DNA of 64,000 nt from an uncultured Gammaproteobacteria bacterium (GTDB lineage: Bacteria; Patescibacteriota; Microgenomatia; Levybacterales; UBA12049). The stretch is taken from positions 66,688 to 130,687 of the forward strand of contig CAZCCG010000001.1 of assembly GCA_964497535.1 (NCBI GenBank). The letters are read 5' to 3'. Below the pieces are notes generated by a model. The model made no database searches. It saw only the letters and a list, made by a program, of their open reading frames with translations, and was not told the DNA's origin. Position 1 is the first letter of the stretch; every line of letters begins with the position of its first letter. Of the stretch, positions 58,768 through 64,000 are shown piece after piece. The translations under genes and the position numbers were made by a program.

Positions 58768-61700
58768 ATGCCGGTCCAAGAAAAACTGCCTACTGTCAAT
58801 CAAGCATTCCATTACTTTCCCCAAGACCACCTCTCGGCGGAGTTAAAAGATATTCTTTCTAAAGTTGCTAACTTTACCGCACCCCAATGGGAAACCTATA
58901 AATCTCAGAACCCAAATATATCCCCCTCTGTTTCAAGTAAAATTACCCAAACCCTTGCCGCATATGAAACTGTTTTTACCACTGCGGAGCAACCGCCCGA
59001 CAGATCTCAGGAACCGGAAAAGAAACAAGGAGCACAGACTTCCTCATCAATGCATAACCAGCCTCACGAACATCAAGCAAAATACATTGACGAGGACCAC
59101 CGTTATTTGGAATTAGCCGGAGAGAATCAGTCCGGATTTGAAAAAACTCTGGAAAAAAAGTATGGGAAAGACTGGAAAAAGAATAACCAAGCCAAACTTG
59201 AGCTTGATCGCTATATCAATGGCCAGACATTCCCTGTCGATAAAAATACCAAATCATTGAAAAGTGAAACGCTCAAACAGTTCTATAAGGAACACAAGCA
59301 AAAACGGCATGAGCTGCAAAAAAAAGTGAAAGCTACCGAACAACAATTGGAAAAATTAAAAGTTTCCAGGAAAAACCCCCTTGTCAAATTCGTCCAGTTC
59401 AAATCCAAAACAAACCAATTAAAAAAAGAAAGAGATGCACTTAAAAACCACATCGATACCCTCAAGCACTATCATGAAAATGAACGACAACGAATACATG
59501 AGCATTCTTCAGACGATGTAAATGTACAGCAAACGCATGCCAGTATTGAAAAAAACAGACGGAAAATTCTTCGTAAATCACAAAAACAACAACAGGCTAT
59601 AGAAAAGCAGAAGGAAGAAATCCGAACTCAAATAGAAGAAACCATCAAACAAAAAAATCAAGAAAGCAATGGGACTGATACCAAACAGTTTGAAGCAGAT
59701 GAAAGACAGAAGGCGGAACACCAAATTCAATCGTTGGAACAAAAGCAAGAACAGACCAGAGAGCAAGCAGCGAAACGAATACAAGCACGAGAAGAAAAAC
59801 AGTGGGAAAAGTTCGTTAAAAAACATCCAGAAAAGACACGTACCTATGCACTCCCACCAGAAAAAGCAACTGATCAGGATATTGCACTTTCCCGATCAAT
59901 ATTTCAAGCCAAACAACGGGTAGATGCATCAGAAGAACAAAAAAAACGACGAGGTACACAACCACAAATAACGACGACGACCCAGGTGAATACAACCCAT
60001 ACAATTACCCGGGCAGATCATCCTCAAACACTTTTGGCTACACCAATCCATCCTCATCAAAAAGCTGGGGAGGAGACAGAAGAACAACGAGGACAACGAA
60101 CAGGACGAAGAATAACCTGGAAAGATCGGTTCCTTGGTAAGGAATCTCATGCCCCTTCTGGCCTGTATGGTGGGCGGTACGGCGCGGCTGGAAAACGTAT
60201 CTCTATATCAAAAGCACCACGGTTAAATATGGGACGATTACGTGGACGCGTTTCCTCTCTTGGTGCCTCGTTTAGCTCACGATTTATGCCTCAAAATTCA
60301 GAACCACAACAAGAACAAAGAGAGTTACCATTTCAACTCCCTAATTTAATCAATACAGGCAACGATATATATAACACTGCGCAGAATGTCAAATCAGCAG
60401 TGCAAATGGCACAAAAAGCTGCCCAAGCTGCCAGAGCTGTTCAAATTGCAATTGCTGCCGCAAACCCTATTACATGGATTGTTATAGGCATTATTTTAGG
60501 CCTGTGTCTGTTAGTAATTATTATCATTATTATTTTTGGCGGAGGTACGATGCCGCAAGACACCCTGCAACAAAACCAACAAACACTAAGCGGACCTCCA
60601 ACGGGTACAAATAATCCTACTATTCCCGGCCTAATCTACTCGAAAACCGGGCCTATTTCAGTTGATAATGGTTCACAAATAACCTATACAGTCTCTGTAG
60701 CCTATACCGGCACCGATGATACGGTTACAGTCATCGATACCCTTCCTCCGAAAACAAAGTTTATATCTGCAAGCGGAAATCCTGATTTTATACGGCGCGA
60801 CGGAAGTGATCCAACCAGTGAAATTACCGGTGTGTCCTGGAATCTTAGCAAACAGAATAATTCTCAAACACTCTCAACAACGGCCGAAGAATCAAGCTCT
60901 CAGTTTCCGCAGGATATATATAGAAGCTATGGTTTCCCCACTCCCACTACTCCGGAAACCATGTCTACACAGGTCTTACAAAATTATAAAAATTATCTCC
61001 AACCCAACGTACAAAAAGCAGGAGCGGCAACCGGTGTTGATCCGGCAATCATCACAATGTGGGCGTGGCTTGAAACCGGTATAAATTCCTATGCGAGCAA
61101 TTGCAATGATCTGATAAAAAATAATCCCAACTATTACTGTGATCACGGATTGTGGCAAGTAGGCTATGGAATTCAAGTATATGATCATCTCAAAAACCTG
61201 ACAGAAGCGTTTAACGCAATGCATGCAGGAGAAACCGTACAAAGTGTAGGACAAAAGGTTATTGACGGCTCAGCTACCCGTGGCATAGGAGGAGCCATTA
61301 CTCAACCTTCTGCTGTCTTTCCCGATATCTCAATCAATGAATTGGTACAAAAAGCACAGCAGGGAGATAAGGATGCTCGAATGTATGCGGCAATTCTTAT
61401 GAAAGATGATGGAATTGGTGCATACCTCATCGGTAAAACGTTCAAGGGTATTATCGGACCTAACCTTGCCAAGACAATGCAGGGATGGAGCAGTAGTTAT
61501 TATGATCCGCAAAAGATAGTAAATTATATTGCCGGAGTCTATCAAGCGGGTATTTCCGCCTCCGCTTCCTCAGAACCCGCACGATCATATTCTTTTACGC
61601 TGGTCTTGGAACCAACAGAAAACGATATCTATGTTACCAACACGCTGCGCGCAACGGCAAACGGACAATCTTTAGTTACTCCCCCCTCAGGAGGAGTCAA

Positions 61701-62127
61701 AAGCGGAAATGCATGTACCGAACCCTATGAAGGAACCGGTTATTGTTCTGTTGAGTATCTCAAGCAGTTTTTTGGAGATAATGCCATCAAAGCATCTTTG
61801 ATCTGTCAAGCCGAAAGCGGAAGCAATCCTTTTGCCAAAAATGAGACATGCAGTACCAATGATTATAGTGTGGGTTTATTCCAAATTAACTTAATTGCCC
61901 ATTGCCCTGGTGCATTCTCAGGACAGTTCTGTTCACGAACAGTTATTAATGAAACGAAGAAAAATGAGTGTGAACGAAAATATAAAGATAATCCTGAGGA
62001 AAATATTAAGTATGCAGCAGGACTTTCCAAAAATGGTGCTGATTGGACTCAGTGGGGTACGTGGCTTCATGGAGCCGGCGGAAAACCTGCGGTAAAAACC
62101 ATTCTCACTCAATGTGGTATACAATAA
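58768..62127 (+). CDS. Giant membrane protein (1119 aa): N-terminal coiled-coil, one TM helix, C-terminal lytic-transglycosylase (Slt/VirB1-like) domain.
   Basis: TM ITWIVIGIILGLCLLVIIIIIIFGG. Slt motifs ICQAESGSNP and YSVGLFQINL near 61.8-61.9 kb. Confidence 0.55.
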   Translation: MPVQEKLPTVNQAFHYFPQDHLSAELKDILSKVANFTAPQWETYKSQNPNISPSVSSKITQTLAAYETVFTTAEQPPDRSQEPEKKQGAQTSSSMHNQPHEHQAKYIDEDHRYLELAGENQSGFEKTLEKKYGKDWKKNNQAKLELDRYINGQTFPVDKNTKSLKSETLKQFYKEHKQKRHELQKKVKATEQQLEKLKVSRKNPLVKFVQFKSKTNQLKKERDALKNHIDTLKHYHENERQRIHEHSSDDVNVQQTHASIEKNRRKILRKSQKQQQAIEKQKEEIRTQIEETIKQKNQESNGTDTKQFEADERQKAEHQIQSLEQKQEQTREQAAKRIQAREEKQWEKFVKKHPEKTRTYALPPEKATDQDIALSRSIFQAKQRVDASEEQKKRRGTQPQITTTTQVNTTHTITRADHPQTLLATPIHPHQKAGEETEEQRGQRTGRRITWKDRFLGKESHAPSGLYGGRYGAAGKRISISKAPRLNMGRLRGRVSSLGASFSSRFMPQNSEPQQEQRELPFQLPNLINTGNDIYNTAQNVKSAVQMAQKAAQAARAVQIAIAAANPITWIVIGIILGLCLLVIIIIIIFGGGTMPQDTLQQNQQTLSGPPTGTNNPTIPGLIYSKTGPISVDNGSQITYTVSVAYTGTDDTVTVIDTLPPKTKFISASGNPDFIRRDGSDPTSEITGVSWNLSKQNNSQTLSTTAEESSSQFPQDIYRSYGFPTPTTPETMSTQVLQNYKNYLQPNVQKAGAATGVDPAIITMWAWLETGINSYASNCNDLIKNNPNYYCDHGLWQVGYGIQVYDHLKNLTEAFNAMHAGETVQSVGQKVIDGSATRGIGGAITQPSAVFPDISINELVQKAQQGDKDARMYAAILMKDDGIGAYLIGKTFKGIIGPNLAKTMQGWSSSYYDPQKIVNYIAGVYQAGISASASSEPARSYSFTLVLEPTENDIYVTNTLRATANGQSLVTPPSGGVKSGNACTEPYEGTGYCSVEYLKQFFGDNAIKASLICQAESGSNPFAKNETCSTNDYSVGLFQINLIAHCPGAFSGQFCSRTVINETKKNECERKYKDNPEENIKYAAGLSKNGADWTQWGTWLHGAGGKPAVKTILTQCGIQ

Positions 62128-62131
62128 TATT

Positions 62132-62608
62132 ATGCAACTAAGAAAATTTTTATTTGTTACTCTGGCCGGATTGGCAATAATAATTGCAATCGCAATCTTT
62201 ATTAAATCGACCATTCCTCCAAAAATAAATGATCAGTCTCCTGAAAAAATCATTGTAGCAACACCGGCTCCTACCATACCTCAAACGCAAGTAATCGAAA
62301 TATCCGGCATACCGGTAAATAATTTTTATAAAAATGCTGCCGAAGTGAACTTAAATACCGATGCTCTTATAACAGAAACCAGTTCATATCAAATTGCCTA
62401 TCTGGCAAAATTTGGAGAATTTCTTATAACTGTGCTTGGTTCTCCTTTTCCACAGGCGCGGGCGACAGCCGAACAGGCATTTATTTCAAAGCTTGGTATT
62501 ACTAAAGAACAGGCATGCCAACTCACCGTATTTGTAAGTACTCCTTCCTATGCAAATCCCGACTATTCCGGACAGAAATATAACTTGTCCTTCTGTACAA
62601 GTCAATAA
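62132..62608 (+). CDS. Hypothetical N-terminally anchored protein.
   Basis: ORF with TM FLFVTLAGLAIIIAIAIFI; start taken as the Met right after the upstream stop. Confidence 0.35.
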   Translation: MQLRKFLFVTLAGLAIIIAIAIFIKSTIPPKINDQSPEKIIVATPAPTIPQTQVIEISGIPVNNFYKNAAEVNLNTDALITETSSYQIAYLAKFGEFLITVLGSPFPQARATAEQAFISKLGITKEQACQLTVFVSTPSYANPDYSGQKYNLSFCTSQ

Positions 62609-62609
62609 T

Positions 62610-63314
62610 ATGTCAATATACAAAAGTTATCTCTTTACCCTGCTACTCTTTCTGATATCTCTCAGTTACTTACCTTTTGTATATGCACAGGATGCTACGG
62701 TAAAAACAAAAGTAGGAAACCCCTCGGAAGATGTAAACTCAACTGAATGTAACTCACCATTGCCATCAGGAGATATCCAACAATCTATCAAAGATCAGTT
62801 TGGTATCACCATGAATGGCTTTGACCAAACGCATTTACAATGGGCTTGGGAAAAATTCTGCGGAAGTGCCAATACGAAGTTCAACCAACTCGTAAAAGGG
62901 AGTACCATTGAGGCCATTGCCGGACTCTCCCAACAAATTGGATGTTTTAAGGGGACAAGCGTCCAACTGGGACAATATCAACCAAAAGCACTTTTTCAAT
63001 TTATTTTAACCCATGAATTGGGACATGTGATTCGAAATTGCCACCCAAGAAATATAATTTTATATTCCAAACATATTGAAGCATATAACTCTGAGGGTGC
63101 AGTAAGTTATTATGGAGGCCATGCTGCTGCCTGTACTGGTTCTGATAACTTATCTGAAGATTATGCAGATATGATTGCTTATTATGTTAATCCGGAAGCT
63201 GGTATTGCAACAGTAAAATGTGCTCCTAATGCTACTCCACCGAATCCTTACTTTGTTGCAAAAGATAAACCGGCTCATCATAATGTAGTAAAGGGAGTAC
63301 TCGACAATCAATGA
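62610..63314 (+). CDS. Secreted HExxH zincin-like metalloprotease candidate.
   Basis: Signal peptide MSIYKSYLFTLLLFLISLSYLPFVYA and ILTHELGHVIRNCHP motif. Confidence 0.45.
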   Translation: MSIYKSYLFTLLLFLISLSYLPFVYAQDATVKTKVGNPSEDVNSTECNSPLPSGDIQQSIKDQFGITMNGFDQTHLQWAWEKFCGSANTKFNQLVKGSTIEAIAGLSQQIGCFKGTSVQLGQYQPKALFQFILTHELGHVIRNCHPRNIILYSKHIEAYNSEGAVSYYGGHAAACTGSDNLSEDYADMIAYYVNPEAGIATVKCAPNATPPNPYFVAKDKPAHHNVVKGVLDNQ

Positions 63315-63916
63315 TAAAACGAATATTTTTTATTAGTATCTGCTTATTTATAATTGTAAGTATAGTTATTGTTATAGTAATTCAACAGAATCAATCGAAT
63401 CATCAACAAACAAACATTCCATCTGCTAATAACACTGGCATTGATAGTGGTATCTCCAATATCATCAGCCCGCTCCAAAAATTTCCGATTGGTGCCAAAA
63501 ATAACCACTTGGATTCTGTTCCGGGTTTTAAAGATAAACAGACTCTTCCTGATGGAAGTGTTCAGTATGACTATGAATCCCCTCTTTCAATCCGTCCAAA
63601 TATAATTATCACGAAAGATGACTCCATCATTTACGAAAGAGAACTTACTCCGGAACAACCTTCAGAGAAAGGTTATGCAATAATTTCAGATTATCTCAAT
63701 AGATTCGGGCAACCGGATGTAATTGTTCAAGGTTCACATTTTTATGATTGGATGGCAAAAACATATATATATGCTCGAAGAGGATTCGCTTTTATAGGAA
63801 ACCCAAATACAGATGAGGTTTATGAATTTCAATTTTTTAAACCTATGTCAAGCGAAGATTATATAAAAAACTATGGAGAAGACTTAAATCCGAGTTCAGG
63901 ACCAAAACCAGAATGA
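63311..63916 (+). CDS. Hypothetical N-terminally anchored protein.
   Basis: 201-aa ORF with TM IFFISICLFIIVSIVIVIVI; overlaps the upstream stop by 4 nt (coupled). Confidence 0.35.
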   Translation: MIKRIFFISICLFIIVSIVIVIVIQQNQSNHQQTNIPSANNTGIDSGISNIISPLQKFPIGAKNNHLDSVPGFKDKQTLPDGSVQYDYESPLSIRPNIIITKDDSIIYERELTPEQPSEKGYAIISDYLNRFGQPDVIVQGSHFYDWMAKTYIYARRGFAFIGNPNTDEVYEFQFFKPMSSEDYIKNYGEDLNPSSGPKPE

Positions 63917-64000
63917 TACTATCGAGTTATTCTATACTTGCACTCTGATTGGCATGATAATGTGAAGATAGGAAGATTCTCCCTGTATTTTAAATACTCC

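Noticed and set aside
1-64000. rRNA genes, CRISPR arrays, transposases or integrases.
   Set aside because: None recognised on either strand by eye. The only mobile-element hints are the tRNA 3-prime duplication and the GC-rich cassettes.

Overview
The window is 64 kb of low-GC (about 40%) sequence whose gene content suggests a reduced-genome Candidate Phyla Radiation (Patescibacteria)-type bacterium. This lineage call is inference from several features:

- Tandem PBP1A paralogs and a SpoIID-domain protein.
- A minimal sugar-phosphate block (rpe, rpiB, class I aldolase, PfkB kinase, pgk).
- Many TrbC/VirB2-like type IV secretion pilins.
- Three four-helix-bundle genes of the 23S-rRNA-IVS / Avd-like family.
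- A VirB4 ATPase.

Supported features, by region:

- **1-6.2 kb:** three paralogous TrmB-family regulators interleaved with a YhhQ queuosine-precursor transporter and two small membrane proteins, then pgk.
- **6.3-12.1 kb:** a CvpA-CAP fusion and two PBP1A genes.
- **12.2-15.5 kb:** rpe, rpiB, a class I FBA and a PfkB kinase, all on the minus strand.
- **15.5-20.7 kb:** a LytR_C-domain protein, a SpoIID-domain protein and hypothetical membrane proteins.
- **20.9-25.7 kb:** a GIY-YIG (UPF0213) gene and a structured roughly 550-nt ncRNA just downstream of smpB. The ncRNA has a tmRNA-like 5-prime end and a tag-like reading frame, but its T-arm was not recognised. ComF and six tRNAs follow (Met/Ile-CAT, Ser-GCT, Ser-TGA, Arg-GCG, Ser-CGA, Arg-CCG).
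- **25.7-29.7 kb:** a seventh tRNA (Ser-GGA, minus strand), a NUDIX hydrolase, a disordered Ala/Pro-rich protein and a polytopic VirB6-like membrane protein.
- **29.7-63.9 kb:** a large accessory-looking locus containing:
  - a 1201-aa giant protein;
  - a pilin cluster (four TrbC-like pilin genes) interleaved with three Avd-like four-helix-bundle genes and an ATPase/OmpR-type winged-helix regulator;
  - a 944-aa acidic protein;
  - two paralogous giant proteins (1829 aa with a C-terminal PP2C-like domain; 1565 aa with a C-terminal GT9 heptosyltransferase-like domain), each directly preceded by a small paralogous helical protein;
  - a very GC-rich (65-75%) single-gene cassette with a consensus sigma70 promoter, an AGGAG RBS and its own intrinsic terminator;
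  - a T4SS core (VirB3/PrgI-like fusion, VirB4 N-domain-like protein, VirB4, and a 1119-aa protein with a C-terminal lytic-transglycosylase domain);
  - secreted or membrane HExxH proteins.

A second GC-rich partial gene with an almost identical consensus promoter sits at the left window edge. No rRNA, CRISPR array, transposase or reverse transcriptase was recognised.

The strongest novelty candidates are:

- The effector-like giant-protein/small-partner modules with swappable C-terminal enzymatic domains, embedded in the T4SS/pilin locus.
- The compositionally foreign GC-rich cassettes.
- The Avd-like/pilin interleaving.
- An identical (GGAAATT)3 repeat embedded in frame in two housekeeping genes.

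All domain calls are by-eye motif recognition; no database search was possible.
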